The translations under genes were made by a program, and so were the position numbers. From Octopus sinensis (Eukaryota): a stretch of DNA of 64,000 nucleotides. Within the stretch, counting starts at the first letter, position 1; every line of letters starts with the position of its first letter. The DNA lies in the NCBI RefSeq assembly GCF_006345805.1, contig NC_043008.1:72106001-72170000 (forward strand), given 5' to 3'. The notes below the pieces were generated by a model. It did not search any database. It saw nothing but the letters and a program-made list of their open reading frames with translations, and was not told the DNA's origin. Below, in pieces: positions 12,556-27,716 of the stretch.

Positions 12556-14040
12556 CCGTATATATTCGGCTATAAGTCGCACCTTTTCCCCTTAAATGTT
12601 CATTTATTTTTGGGGATGCGACTTATAATTGCATCCTCCTATAAAAAAAATCTTCAGATATTTTATAGGTACAATCCAGGTCTGCAATTCCGACACTTGG
12701 AATAACCGAAAAAAATTTGAATCGCTAATTCCTAAGCTTTGAAGTACACGGAAGACGATCTTTATATATTTCTTTATAAATTTCTTCACTTCTGTTAGTA
12801 TGAAATAAAGAATTAGTTTTTAAAAAGTGAGTTTAATGCTTGTTTGCTTTTGTACCGTATCTGCCTTCCTTCAATACGACGCAATGTTATTTGTTAACAT
12901 GAAGAGAACGTGTAATTCGAATGATATCAAGTTGAAAGTTGTTGAACACCCAAAGTCGCATTCGAATCGAGCTGCAGAAACAGAATGTGGAGTCTCAGAA
13001 AAAGTGGTCAGGTATTGGCGTTTGAAAGAGGAGAAAATGAAATTCGTCGACATCAAATGGTTAAAGAAAATTAGGATAGGGATGAGTTCCAATGAGGAGA
13101 TGGAGACTATTTTGAGAAATTGAATGACTTTACGACGCACGAATGGACTTGTCATCACGAGAAATATCATTAGATTGCGGACTCTCTAAGTGACTAAAGA
13201 ACATGGTGTATCTGACTATAACGCATCACCTGGCTACAGTGCATGGTTTATGAAACGTTACCATCTGAAACAGAGAACTCGTATCGCACAGGAATTATCC
13301 GCCGACAAAGAAGGCAAAGTTGGTATGTAATAGTCCTACGAAATTTTGCCTTCAAAGCCATCGGTAATATGGATGGAACACTCCATATTCGATATGGTTG
13401 GAACTAGGACAGTCGACGTAAAAGGGAAAACAAAATTTCGATAAAGACTACGGGGAGCGACAAGACCCACTTCACTGCAATTTTGGCTTGTATGGCTGAC
13501 AGTACGAAACTTAACCCGGCTGTTGTTTAAAAAAAAAAACTTTCCCGAAACAGAAGTTAACGAAGGGCATAGTAGCGTATGCTCAGTAGAAGGGGTAGGT
13601 GGATGAAACCGTATTGACAAACTGGTTAAACGACGTGTGGTTCAAGCACCCAGGGGCTATGCTTAATTCAAAGTCGCTTCTTGTATGGGATATGCTCAGG
13701 GCTCATCTGATCGGCAGTGATTCCAGGTAGACGTACGTCTGTGCTTAAGCTACGCGACATGTCAGTGAACAAGCTTTTTAAGGAGAACATGCGTGCCAAG
13801 TCAAATGAATGGATGATTAATGGGGACAAGGAAATGGCAAAAGATGGGAAATTTTAAACACTCTGACCTTAAGACTGTTTGCCAGTGGATAATAGATTCA
13901 TGGGCTGAAATACTGAGTGAACTTGTGATGAGATTATTTTTGAAGTGAGGGATCTCAACTTCCATGGATCGTGCAGAAGACGATGAGCTATATAATGACT
14001 TATTCCGTGCAAGAAATGTTAGCTCCAGTGCTTCATCAGT
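12556..14040 (+). mobile_element. pogo/Tigger-type DNA transposon, decayed transposase (HTH + CENP-B-like HTH + DDE_1)
   Basis: TA|ccgtatatattcggctataagtcgcac terminus; ATG 12899 MKRTCNSNDIKLKVVE..NRAAETECGVSEKVVRYWR; WFMKRYHLKQRTRIAQEL; IGNMD..FDM..TGSDKTHFTAILACMADSTKL; multiple stops; right TIR not found. Confidence 0.85.
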
Positions 14041-15164
14041 TAATGAAGATCAGATAATTTTGTCATAATGTTTCATACACTTCCTTACAATTTAAAATAG
14101 TTTATTGTATTTTTTCCCAATCATAGCACATATGACTGCATGGTTTTGTGTGTCAGTTGCTGCAAAAGTGTCTTAATAATGAAAGGCACAAATCCAAAAT
14201 ACAGGGCAAGTATCGAGACAATTAAGTCCCAATACAATAAACAAATCAACTAGTGTTATCGAGGATAAAATTTTACATTATAAAGAACGGTTTCTAAAAT
14301 GCATGGACTTAATGAGATAACAGTTATTGTAAGTAATCTTCAGCTTACTGAAATCTCGGTTACCGAACAAGAACTACGCAAGCGCGGTTCCTAGTCGAAC
14401 TTTGCTATCCAACATGAACATGTCACATATCAAGCACATTCCTGGTAGCTTGAACGTAAGCATTAATTGCTAGTAAGGACGCGTTATTTTCTTTCTCAAT
14501 CATAATATACAACCAAGTATATTACATATTTATTAGTTAATTTTTAACATGATGTTGTTTTAGCAGTAAGATGTTCCCATTTCAAAGTTTATCTCTACAC
14601 ATATTCTATAGAATTCAGAGCCAAATGTTCTAGCCAACTGTGTTACACCGCTTAACTTAGTGGGTATCTAAAAGGTTTGGGGGTACTTGATGGATTGGAT
14701 GTGATGCTGATGAAAGAGCAACAACTCTTGAAATAGGCATATAAACACATTACCTTTTTATTCCTATCATCGATCGGATTGTTTATACAAACGTATTCAT
14801 ATACGAAACGTCGTAATTTTCATTGCTGACTCTGAATTCAATAGCAATCTGTAGGATTAAGCTTAAAAAATATATATTGGATGTCTTATTAACCTGATTA
14901 GATAGTCTCATTTGATTTATATATATGACATTTATTTTCACAGGGAGAGTAATTTTAATTTATACGATTAAAATCTGATATTCACACGCACACAGAAACA
15001 TACATACACACCGAAGCACACACGCGCAGAAGAACACATAGAAAAACACACATGTTATTGTGCTTTGGCAAACAGTAATATTCCTCATAACTAAACTTTA
15101 TCAAACATTTAAGGTACAGTAAATAATTCTGTTTGCCAACATGCCAGTACAAATCAGTATCAGG

Positions 15165-15210
<46 letters not shown>

Positions 15211-15669
15211 ATCTTCTCTATGTACTACACATATCATTTCTTGTACCAAAAATCTGACAGATACCACACGCGTTTGAGAGCACGTGTAAACATCTGTGCA
15301 GACAGAAAGAACGTACGTGTATATTACGTATATTTTGAGAAACTTGACGAGTGAAAAATTTTCGCAATCATAATCATAAATTTTTACCGTATATGTTGAC
15401 TATAGAGAATAGTCTAATATCAGGGCATAAAAGAAAGGCCGAAAAAGGTGGTTATCACAGACGTTTACTAATACCAATATTTTTTCCGTCGCGGGTTTAT
15501 ATGCCTCAGTATCAGACTCTTTCTTATAGCCAATGTATACGTTGAAAACTTCCAATAATGTTTGTTCGGAATGTAAAAGACTTTCTCACCTTCCCGAGCG
15601 TTAAACTAATACATCTGTTTGTTGTTTAACACCTGTCTTCGTCTTTTGCTTTTTTCTGCAAATTCCAAC

Positions 15670-15709
15670 TATATATATATATATAATATATATATATTAT
15701 ATATATATA

Positions 15710-15755
<46 letters not shown>

Positions 15756-15950
15756 TTACATACATATACATTTATATGTATATATATGTATATATATTAA
15801 TATATATAAGTATATATATATGCATATATATATATACACATACATACATATACATATATATTTGTATTATATATATATATGCATATATACATACACACAC
15901 ATATATACGTATATATTTATATATAATATATAAAGATGTGTGTGTTTGTG
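15670..15950. repeat. (TA)n/(CA)n microsatellite field
   Basis: Direct reading. Confidence 0.9.
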
Positions 15951-16375
15951 TGTGTCTTAGTTTCCCCCCAGAGAAAAATTCTATCATAGTGGAATCCAGT
16001 TTGCGTATATGAACAATAAATAACTTTCATTCTATGCGTGACTCCTGCATAACACATACATGGAACCTGTTTCGTGTTTAGCGTAGGAAAACATAATTCG
16101 TATTGAACTATTTGTTAACAAAAACAAAACAATAATTCTTATAGAAATTGGAATGGCCCTTATTGGCCCTTGAGTAATAAAGGAAATCAATATTTTTGTA
16201 AAGCATCTGGGACGACCTGCTAAAAATAGCAGCTAAATCGTTGTTAATACAGACCCTGTTATTTTAAATATTAAAATCACTGATAAATGCTGTCATAAAC
16301 ATGTCTAAAGATGATACAAGTTTTTCGCGATGGAATGTTTTAGATCAAGGATCAAGTGGATTAAAAGTAACTTGG

Positions 16376-16419
<44 letters not shown>

Positions 16420-16701
16420 TGGTTGGCCATGATAAGATGGCTTCTATACTTTACATTATTGAGCGATTACTGTTTCAATCTCATTCTGAGATTTAATTAT
16501 GCTTACTGTTCGTTTTTCGACATCAGTGGCAGACGCCATTAGAAAAACTTATATCTATTTGCAAAGGAGCCTCCACATTCATCGCTATCTGGTGGTTACC
16601 GCCCGTTGACGAGGGACAACAATCCCAAAACTAGTTCGAGCGTATCACTCAGTCTTGCGAGGAAGGGATGGCCTCCCTTTGCAAATACTCCAAGGACACA
16701 G

Positions 16702-16741
<40 letters not shown>

Positions 16742-17021
16742 ATGTAAATATGTACATGTGCGTGTTGTACGACACACACTCAAACGCACAGACACAAACA
16801 CTCACTTTTTGTCTCTCTCTCTCTATCTCAATATATATATACATATATACATATATATAGGTACCTTGAAAGATATGGATATATGCATACTTTACGTATA
16901 ACTAGAATTCTTTTTCCATAACCATTTTCTTCTCGTTCAGCAGTTCCATGATTTTTGTTTAAATAAATTATTCTTTTTATTCATTTTTATATTCCCATGT
17001 TTTTTTCCAAAACATCACTTT

Positions 17022-17203
<182 letters not shown>

Positions 17204-17529
17204 GTGACAGTTTTTTAGACATGGTAAATACGTGGAAGATTTATTTCAGGCTGCATCAAGTCAATAGTAACTCACTTCCTTGGAACATGACTTAACGTTG
17301 ATATATAACAGAAGATATATTACAGAAGCGAAGGGGGATCACAATATCTTCCTACATTAAAAACTTCATTTTGTTTACCAACGTACCCGAAGTCATTTCT
17401 CACTTTATGCATCAACCATGCTTATTTTCTTATAACTGGAGACGTCTAGTGGATTTATAGAAACTAAAAAGTAAAAGGAAGTCGGAGAATAGATTCCTTT
17501 AAAGAAATACAATGCTTAATATCAGAGAC

Positions 17530-17640
17530 ATATGTATGTATATATGTAAATATGTATGTACGTATGTATGCATGCATGCTTGTATGTATGTATGTATGTA
17601 TGTATGTATGTATGTATGTATGTATGTATGTATGTGTGTG
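17530..17640. repeat. (TATG)n microsatellite
   Basis: Direct reading. Confidence 0.9.
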
Positions 17641-18160
17641 CATGTATATACATACACCTATGTGTGTGTATTTATAGATATACATGTGTGTGTGTATGTA
17701 TATATACTTTAGTATTTATATCTTGCAACTGTTCATTATCAAAAAACAACACAATTTTTGGAGAGTTTTTAAACCTGTTCAATGAAACATTCTTCGGGTC
17801 AGAAAGTTATTTGTCTATAAGACGTTAAGGTAATTGTTCTGACAGCAGCGTTTTTCTAACAGTAATTCATTTTTGTTCCATTGGTATACTTTTTACTTTT
17901 TAAACTTCAAACGATTTCCAAGAATTGTTAAGCGGCTTTGACAGAGGTTTCGCATTAACTGTGTCAGTTCTACTGAAGAGTCATGCTAAACTGAAATCAG
18001 GATGTTACCATATATTGATAACATACGTTAAACGAATCAACACATCATGTTAGGCAACTAGCCATCTAAACACATACTTTTAAAGAGAGGGACATATAAT
18101 TGTGTATATATATATGTATATATATATATATATGTAGGTTATCAATACTGAAACGGAGTA

Positions 18161-18377
18161 TACGCGGGGTGCTGTAAAGCTTTAATGGCGTCGTGAAAGG
18201 CCAACTTAGAAGTTCAACATTTTGAGATATTTTATAGAGCTTAGAAAACGTGAAGGATCGCTGCAATTAATAAGTTTGTGAAACTAATACGGGATCAAGT
18301 CTAATAAAGTCATAATTAACTGATCCTCCTGTATTTACTTTTACCCAAAGCAAGGACTTTTTCAGCAACTCCTCGTA
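18161..18377 (+). mobile_element. mariner-derived MITE (217 bp including flanking TA)
   Basis: Left tacgcggggtgctgtaaagc vs reverse complement of right end tacgaggagttgctgaaaaag; internal remnant of a transposase C-terminus (LENVKDRC..KFV). Confidence 0.65.
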
Positions 18378-18585
18378 ATTGTTGATGTTTTGAGGCTAAA
18401 TATAACCACTGATGCGTTGTTAGTATGAGTGAACAGTATTCATCAATGCAGTTATGCATCCATGATACGTAAGAGAAATGAATCTGAATTAGATTCAGTT
18501 ACATATTTATAGTGAAACTGAATTCACGTTTATTAGTTTTTTGTCCATTAACGTATCAAGTTAACCCGTTTCATTTCAATGTTTT

Positions 18586-18990
18586 TATTAGGTTGTTCCG
18601 AAAATAACGGCCGCTGTAAATGTTGTGTTTTGAAACGCAATTTTATCATAGTATCTTAATTATATTTTAGGTGAATTTCGACACACTTAGTAATTGATGT
18701 ATGAGTTTTAATAATTTTCTACTTACTTCAGACAGAAAACATTTCTGAAGCATAGGCGCTCTTAATTATGAACATGACCAAAAGAACCTTCGCTTACTGT
18801 TCTTCCATGAGTTCAGTCTTGGGCACAATGCCTCCTAACTGTTGCCGATATCAACAGAGTACGGAGAAAGTGGTCCACAACTGATCTCATAGTACGAAGA
18901 TGGTTTCAGAAATTCCTTAGTGTTGATGAGGGCCTTGAAGCTGAAGAAGGAAGAGGACGGATATGCAGTCTTAACAATGAGGAATTGAAA
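18586..18990 (+). mobile_element. mariner (Hsmar1/cecropia-like) 5' fragment with HTH
   Basis: TIR-like tattaggttgttccgaaaataac; frame LRLLFFHEFSLGHNAS*TVADIN..VRRWFQKFLSVDEGLEAEEGRGR resembles the mariner N-terminal HTH. Confidence 0.75.
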
Positions 18991-19018
18991 GATACAGATA
19001 CAGATACACACACACACA

Positions 19019-19070
<52 letters not shown>

Positions 19071-19101
19071 GATAGATAGATATAGATATATATATATATA
19101 C

Positions 19102-19530
19102 AGGTGCAGATGTAAACGTGAATTAAGAAGTTTGCTTCCCAAACACATGGTTCCGGGTTCAGTCCCACTATGTTGAGCCGACCAAATCCTTGTGAATTGG
19201 AATACGGTAAGTGTAAGAATCCGTTGCTATATGTATGTTTGTATGTATGTGTATGCATGCATGTATGTATATAACTGTGAGTGTTTGTACATGTGTTAGT
19301 TCCCCCACTAATCCTTTACAACTGGTGTTGGTGTGTTTACCTCCCAGTATATTAACGGTTCGACAGAAAAAGTACCAGTCTCGAAATTAGCTTTCAGTGC
19401 AAGAAACAGGCAGAATGAATATAGATCTTTAAAAAATGATAATTACTGGGGTCGATTTGTTTGACTGAAGCCTTGAAATGAGCAGCGCAGAATAGCCTGA
19501 ATCTCATGAATAAAAAAATGACTGATAAAA
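19102..19530 (+). mobile_element. tRNA-derived SINE (family B) with internal microsatellite
   Basis: Head aagaagtttgcttcccaaacacatggttccgggttcagtcccac; tail ggtgtgtttac..ggttcg..ctggggtcgatttg; same architecture as 46102-46564. Confidence 0.8.
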
Positions 19531-19576
19531 GATTGAGGATATCAGATATACATATATACAAACACGGATATATATA

Positions 19577-20375
19577 CGAGGGAGAGTCGAAAATTATACT
19601 CACCCTTTCTATATAGTCTCCTTCCTTTTTGATGGACTTGTTCCAGCGGTCCATAAGCTTGGGTATTCCCTCCAAGAAGGTTTTTCGTTGGCCATGCTGC
19701 CATTTATGCACCGCTTCCTTCACATCTTCATCCGTAGGAAAACGACCTCGTAAACCACGTTTGAGCGGTCGAAAGATATAGTCGGTAGGCGCGAGATCTG
19801 GGTTGAAGGCAGGATGTTCAAGCGCCTCAAAACCCAATTGGTTAATGGTTTCAATCGTCTGAGCGGTTGTATGTTTCCGTTCATTGCCATGTAACAATAA
19901 AACCTTATCCGACGTTTGGTGCAAAATGCTAGTTCCAGTTCGTTGGCCATCAACTCACTGTATCTTGCGCTGTTGATCGTGCGCCGCTTTTCCAGGTAGT
20001 CTTCCAGTCTAAGCCTTTTTGAGTCCCCAAAACGGTTAGCTTGACCTTTCCCACAGAAGAATGAGTCATGAAATACTTCGTGGCTGCCGAGCTAGGATGT
20101 TTCCACTCCATACACTATCATTTGAATTCTGCCTCATAATGATAGATCTATGCTTCATCTCCTGTGACTGCGCTTTGTTCCTCTTTGGTTCATATTGCTA
20201 GGGGAGCGCCCATGCTTACACTGTAAAGCTAGAAAGGAAGATGGCGCCATCAGGCCCATACTACGATAACGTGACCACAATTTCACCAACTATAAGCACA
20301 CATGTGCAGTAGGTAGTGTGTCAGTAATAAAGATATGTTATAGCGAAAGTGCGGATAATTTTTGATTTCTTCTCG
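19577..20375 (-). mobile_element. mariner transposon, internally deleted, both TIRs and TA TSDs present
   Basis: TA|cgagggagagtcgaaaattatac vs reverse complement of right end TA|cgagaagaaatcaaaaattatcc; DDD-domain motifs IYHYE..SMEWKHP, HGNERKH (HDNARPH), HPAFNPDLAPTDY (SPDLAPSDY), KEGDYIE. Confidence 0.92.
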
Positions 20376-21279
20376 TAAATAAGTCTCACAGAAAATAAGC
20401 AATCCCTCACTTGAAGAAAACCTGGAAGTTAAAGGAAAATATTTATGATGACAATGACAATGACAAATTTTGATATTACTCATATAACACGTTCGTACTA
20501 AGCAATATTATTCTACAAATATCTATGTACGTACTGGTTTAAATCAGCAAAATATTACCCAAGCATCACAATCGAAACATAATTTATTATGCAGACAGCA
20601 TTTATATAATTTGGTAAGTTATTTGACTATGGAATGAAATCAGAGACAATTTATTATAGACAAAACATTTATTTTATTGATATTAATATTATTCGGAAGA
20701 GAATTGGCTGATAAATGAATATTTTGGCTTCAGTATAATTTACCAACATACATACATACACGCACACATTCACACATATATGTACGTAAGTACATACTTA
20801 CATATCTATGTTCGTAAGTATGTATGTATATGAGATATGTGCGTTTTTGCGTATTTTCATATATATTGATACTTGTGTTCATATCATCTTACATATAATC
20901 ACGATTCAGGATGTAACTGAAGGATTACAAAATACTTATTAGTAGATTACAAATTTATCAATTTTCATTAGGAAAAGTTTAAAAGTGCCGACAAAGTTTG
21001 AATTTACTCATCTTCCTGATCTTCAATAGTGTGCTTAAGGTGAGCAAGGCGTATTTCGAAGTCTCTGTCTACACTTTCCTTGCAAAAAATAAAAATTATA
21101 CACTCACACGCACACACAAACATGTTAAACAATAATAAATTTATACTCTAGAAAAGGTATTGAGTACTTTTTCTCTCTAATGAAAAATTGTTTCTATTAT
21201 GCTTAGCATAAAAACAAATATTATATGTAAATATATGTGTGTGTGAACTACCCCCATTCCTAGATATTTTTATCAATAA

Positions 21280-22180
21280 GTTAACAACCAAATTGAAACC
21301 GATATCTATCATAAACCAGCGGACTCGAAGCAATATCTTCTGTCTATTTCATGCCACCCGATGCACATCAGAAGAAATATTCCTTTTAATTTAGTGAAAA
21401 GTAGTTGCATAATAGTGTCGGATGCAAATACTCGGGACCTCTGTCTTCAAGGACTCATATCAACACTACCCGAGAGACACTATCCACACACACACTTATA
21501 GATGACAGATTAAAACGTGCGTAGAAAATAGACATCAAAACACAAAAGGAAATAAAATGAAACCCTACACCTCATCTAAAACTTCTAATATATCGAATCA
21601 CAGCCATAGAAACAATGAGCCATACAACACCATTACTCAAAATCTACCAGTGCTCACTAAGGATCCAAAGATGAACCACATTCTACAAACACACAAGTTC
21701 ATCAAATGTAAAAACCAGCCCAAATCACTAAAAAATCTACTGACAAATGCGAAGCTATACCTAATAACAACGAAACCAATAGTGAAGATAAAGCGGACGT
21801 CCAAATTGTGGAACATGCCCCAAACTACTGATGGGTTCGGTATTCCATTTCAAACAAGGACACAAATTCACAATGAAGACCAACTTTACATACACATACG
21901 AAAATTTAATTTACACAATGACTTGTTCAGGTTGTTGATACGACTATAGAGGTCAAACGAGAATGTCACTTCGAGAGAGAATTACCAGTTTAATGAAGAG
22001 ATCTGTTTCCCAAGGTATTGACATATACCATCGAGTGAATACATAGATATATGTACAGGGAATATCCAACCAAACTTCGCCGTTTTTTTGCCATCTACTA
22101 GTGCAAGGAAACAATTTCTATACAAGAACGATTAAATAAAAAAAATATTGAAAAATATAAACTGCACCTGAATATAAAGG
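21280..22180 (+). mobile_element. Penelope-like element, 5'-truncated (RT thumb + GIY-YIG), decayed
   Basis: ETDIYHKPADSKQYL..CHP..NIPFNL; RPNCGTCP..NLIYTMTCSGC*YDYRGQT. Confidence 0.85.
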
Positions 22181-23542
22181 CCTAATCAGTTTTGCGTTTT
22201 GTAGATATTTTAATACATGAACGCATAACCAATTTACCTATTTCATCTCACTTCTTTAACAAATTGGGGACCGCGGTATAAAATTCCTCAATACCTAACA
22301 GGAGAATGAATTTTCAGTATAGATCATCATTAATTTTTTTAAACATGAAATAGTTGCACAGTTAAATATCCATTGGATTAGTTTTGAGGCAGCACTGACA
22401 TGTCTTGTCATATGAAGTATATATAGTTGCTGATTATGCCTATTTGCTTCTTGTTAGATTTACCAATCTTGAGCTTCTGGGGTAAAATCATTTTTATTGT
22501 TTTTCAAGATTAGCAATATATGTGTGTATCTTTCTACTACATATTTTTCTTTGATTTGCTCTTATAAATGTACATCAATGTTTTTAAATAGATTCATTAA
22601 ATTCATTTAATTTAGTTTGGAAGATTCTAATTCTATGTTTGTATTCAACATCTTTTACTAATTTTATAAGATCATCAACTTTATATCTTTCATACATTGT
22701 GGAATTTTACTCCCATGTATGAAACTAAACTATCCTCTGTACCAGAGATGGACGTACCTTTGTCGAGGAAGACGGTCTTTCATCCCATTCTTCTCAGGAC
22801 GTTTTCTGTCAAATCGATGAAGATACATTATATCCGCAGTGGAATAGGAATGTTCATCAAAGACATTTTGACTTTGCGTATATATGCGTACATACAAGCA
22901 TACTCACATATGCACACATAAATACATGCATGCCTATATCCATCCATACACACACATATATATATGAGAAAAATGTGGTTCAACTACCATATTGCTTTAA
23001 TAGGATATTTGACTTAAGTCTAGCCATATCCATTATTTTAGAAATACGGATATATTAGAATATATGGTGGTGTGTTAAAGTATTTCCAAAGTAGTTAGAT
23101 TTTAAATGAATATGCTAAATAAAATGTCTCTTTGATTTCTTCCCTTAGCTAAGTTTGTTAAAAGCGTTGACGCTTTACGTTTATTTTTAATATATATTCT
23201 CAGTAGTTTTTAGCCAATGGGAATTATAGGTATTAATCTCTTTTTAAAATAGTTTCGTTTCTTGATGAAAAGTTGAAAATAATAGATAATTAATGGAGAG
23301 TTAGAAGAGGTGACAGGTATATTAAAAAGAATACAGTTTTCAAAGACGTTATCCCCAAGACATTTTTTTTAGTACTAAGCATGGAGACTTAACATTTATA
23401 GGAAAAAAAACGACCACTAATTTTCTAAATAACGTCAGAATTTGCATAGCCGCTACAACTAAAAGTGCTTTCAAATTTTGTCACAAGGCTAGCAATTTCT
23501 GTACAGAGGTACATCAATTAGGTGATAAATGCGACTTATTTC

Positions 23543-23672
<130 letters not shown>

Positions 23673-24619
23673 GATATTATACATGTTGATAACTAGTTTA
23701 ACTTAAATAGAATATCTCTGTATAACACAATTACAAGTTGTGTCAGTTGTGAATAATACGGAGTAAAATTTCAAGTATAACTATTCTCTGTACCCCATAG
23801 TAATTTCTAACTAGATCTCTTTAAAATATCATGGACATTTCTCTCAAATTAGTCTTTCACAAGCAATAGCACATTAGAGAATATAGTCCTAGATACACTA
23901 AATGAGAATATATCACCCGAAAAAAATCTGCAGAATTAGAACAGCTCAGAAATCTAGGAAAATAACTGTCTCACGTTGACTCGTATGTATCTATTCAAAA
24001 TGACTCCAACATCCAACAAATGATTTACTAAACTGGAATTTAATTTGATAGTATCATGATATATATATTTTTTAATGCCGACAATTGTTGCCCTGGAGGT
24101 ACACAACATCATTATCAACAACAATATAACCTCCTTAATCTAAATGACAGGAAATATTTGGAGAAAATATTTCAAGATTAGTCTATTATCACTAACTGGT
24201 AATAGAAATATACGCCCTTAAATAATTGTGAGCTAATGGTAGAAAACAAACCGATTCTTTCCTTGAATTAAAAGTGCCATGGTTGTATTTAAACACATTA
24301 ATTTTCTTCGCCAGATTTAACTGTATTGTTGTATTTGTTCTCAAATGTAGTTTGGCCAATGGCAACGAAGTTTTGGATCAATGTTTAGCCTCAAATGATT
24401 ACTATATTGTCTTTTTAAAGTACCATACAACAGACAATACCATTCAATGCACGGCAATTTCTTTCTTATTTTGTTGTCTTTAAGGAGAAAACCGCTTTTT
24501 CACCGTCACTTATATACTTTTCATCACACATTTATTTTTATTTTAAATATGCTGGTTTCACTCGTCCTCTCTCTCTCTCTTCGAATATTTTCAAACTATA
24601 TTTTCTTCAACGAAAATGA

Positions 24620-24622
24620 CTG

Positions 24623-24677
<55 letters not shown>

Positions 24678-24694
24678 CAACAACAACAACAATG

Positions 24695-24730
<36 letters not shown>

Positions 24731-24760
24731 TTAATAATAAAAATATAATAATAATAATAA
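24620..24760. repeat. (AAT)n/(AAC)n microsatellite
   Basis: Direct reading. Confidence 0.95.
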
Positions 24761-25170
24761 TAGTAAAATTCTTTTTCCTTCTAGTTCATCATCAACATGA
24801 TAACCACCATCGTCGTCGGCATTGTCGTCATCACAACGATTGGCATAATATTGTTCGTTTTGTCTCCTTTCTTCTGTCTTCTTTCACTGTCTCGTGTCTT
24901 CTGTCTTATTTTCTTCTTCTTCTTCTGTCATCTTTTTCTTCTAGCTCTTCTTCGTTTTCTTGTCCTGTCTCCTGTCTGGTGTGTCTTTATTTTTTCCTCA
25001 GTCTTCATCTCCTTCCACTACTTCTCTCTTCTTCAACAACTAGCATTTCCAAAGAATTGGTATTATTACACATTTTCGAATGAACACACCTGATAATTTT
25101 TTTGTTTCTATTTTTAGGAAAATATTTTTAAACAAAAACTAAAAATCAATAATGCGATCATATCCATGTC

Positions 25171-25236
<66 letters not shown>

Positions 25237-25974
25237 ATATACACATACATACATATATATGTGTGTGCGTTTATATATATATATATATATATATATACAT
25301 GCATGAATGTACCATGATATGTATGAATATTCTCTCTCATACATAGACGCGCGCGCACACATACATACAGACACATATAGACGCACATACACGCACGCAG
25401 ATATTTTATTTTTGTTTTGTTTATATTATCTTTATTTCACGACTGTCGACTTTTCAGAAAATATTTTTTATTACGGAAACTCTAAAAATGAGTAGAAGAA
25501 AGCAGGAATTTTTTCTAAAATAAATGAAAACCAGCCCAAAATAAAATATTATTCTTGCTAAATTGCTGTTGAAACTCTTTTCATACAATACTAAAAATGG
25601 TTAAATTGTCCTCATTCAGAGTAACTTGGTGTTAAATCTTTCATTCTATTTTTTAATACATGCTCCGTTTCTAATTGTTCATAGTATCTTGCCAAATGTG
25701 CTTGTAACGTAAACAAAAGAATGAATTGTCGGTGTGTAAGAGTTTTGAATGATGTGAGTTGAGAGGGGTGGTGTTAAGAAGCATTCATATAAATTATATA
25801 CATGTTTTTGTTGTGTTCCTCAATACTCATTGACGAGTAACCAAAATTTAATGTAAATATAAAGCTAGTTGAAGGCATTACATGTACTTACAACATATGA
25901 ATGTTGGTGAATAAGTATGTACATGTGTATGTGTGTTTATATACATACACACACACGCATATATATATATATAC

Positions 25975-26007
<33 letters not shown>

Positions 26008-26046
26008 ATACTAGACACATCCATTTTCAGATATTTGCATATATAA

Positions 26047-26098
<52 letters not shown>

Positions 26099-26355
26099 TA
26101 AGAGAAAGAGCGCCCATTGGTATCTAATAAGAACCATGACTTTATTGGCGTATAATTCTAAAAATCGTTAAGAATTTCAAATCAAATTTACCCCAAAAAG
26201 AAAATGTGAAATATTTACCTCAAACTAGTTCGAGGAAATTGCTACATAAAATGTCCACCTCGTCAGCAACTACTAAACAAGAATAGTTATAGTTTTATAA
26301 AACAGTATAGATACTATTAATGGTTTATATGTATATATATACACACACATACATA

Positions 26356-26414
<59 letters not shown>

Positions 26415-27716
26415 CATACACACACACATATGTATATGTATGTATGTATGTATATATGTATATATATATATAAAAGAAGGTTTGAAAATACAATTTTAAA
26501 GATATTTATTCACTTCACCGGTTTCACTGTTTTAGGAAAAGATTGTCAAAAGTAAAATGTAAAGCTTTGTATGAGTTTTCTTGTGTTAAGTACTGGTTAT
26601 CACAAAAGTATTAGAAGGCATATATCTATTCTTTGATAAAAACATTTTACAAGAAATTAGTTAAGAAAGTAATCAGAACGGGACTCCAAAAAGCATTTTG
26701 AGTTCAATAAAAATCATGTTTGTTCCGTGGTGAATATATACAGAGAAGGGGATCTATATATAAGAATTTACAAAACATTGTAGAGGAATAACTGACCTGT
26801 CTTTCTGGCATTTTATTTTGTGTGTAGTTAAGGAATGTTTGCTATATTAAGGGACAGTGTGGGAGGTTTCAAGATGTATCTAAAAGCTGAAACGAATAAC
26901 CATCGGAGAAATAGATGACACTGGATTATACATGCAATATGTAACTAAATGTTAGTATAACATCTGTCCAAGATTTGTATTTTTTCACAGTGACTTCAAA
27001 GTGTCAGCGGTAGTGCCTCTTTAAAACCGTCAAAGTATCAACGTAACGATCAAGACTATTATAACACACATAATACACACACACACACATACAAAATATA
27101 TATAAACGCATAAATATTTATGTATATTTACGTGCTATATATGTTAAGTATGTTGATATATGAGTATATGCATGCATGTATATGTATGTAAATATATGCA
27201 CAAGTTCATATGTATATATGCATATGCATATTATATACACACGCGCACACACACATATATGTGTATAGGTACTATGTATACTTATATTTTTGTGTATATA
27301 TGGAAGGGTGAATGAATGAATAGATGAACTGATGGGTGGATGGACGAATTGAGTGGAGGGGTGCGTGGATGTAATATTAATCACGAAGAATATGTTTCAC
27401 AATGACTAGTTGCCGGAACTGACGCAGCAGGAATTGTCTACAGACTTCTAACAATTCCGGTAATATTAGAGCATTATCATTTCTACAACTTCGTGCAATA
27501 TTTTGCTGTATTTCATGATTTTTTTCCTCCGTGTTGTGCTTTTAACGTTGCTACAGACACATTCTGTTTTCTTTAATATTTCTTGTGTCAGACAAATTCT
27601 AACAGAGCAATTGTCAGTATAATTCGGAATATTTGCCGACATGAGATCGAATATCGTTTCCCACGTGTACGTCATATATGTTGTTACGCACTCGTTGTAT
27701 TTGACTTATTCCAACC

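Noticed and set aside
17970-18010. CTGAAGA..GAAA hammerhead-like spacing
   Set aside because: Stem II is only 2 bp, and there is no valid UH cleavage triplet or stem I.
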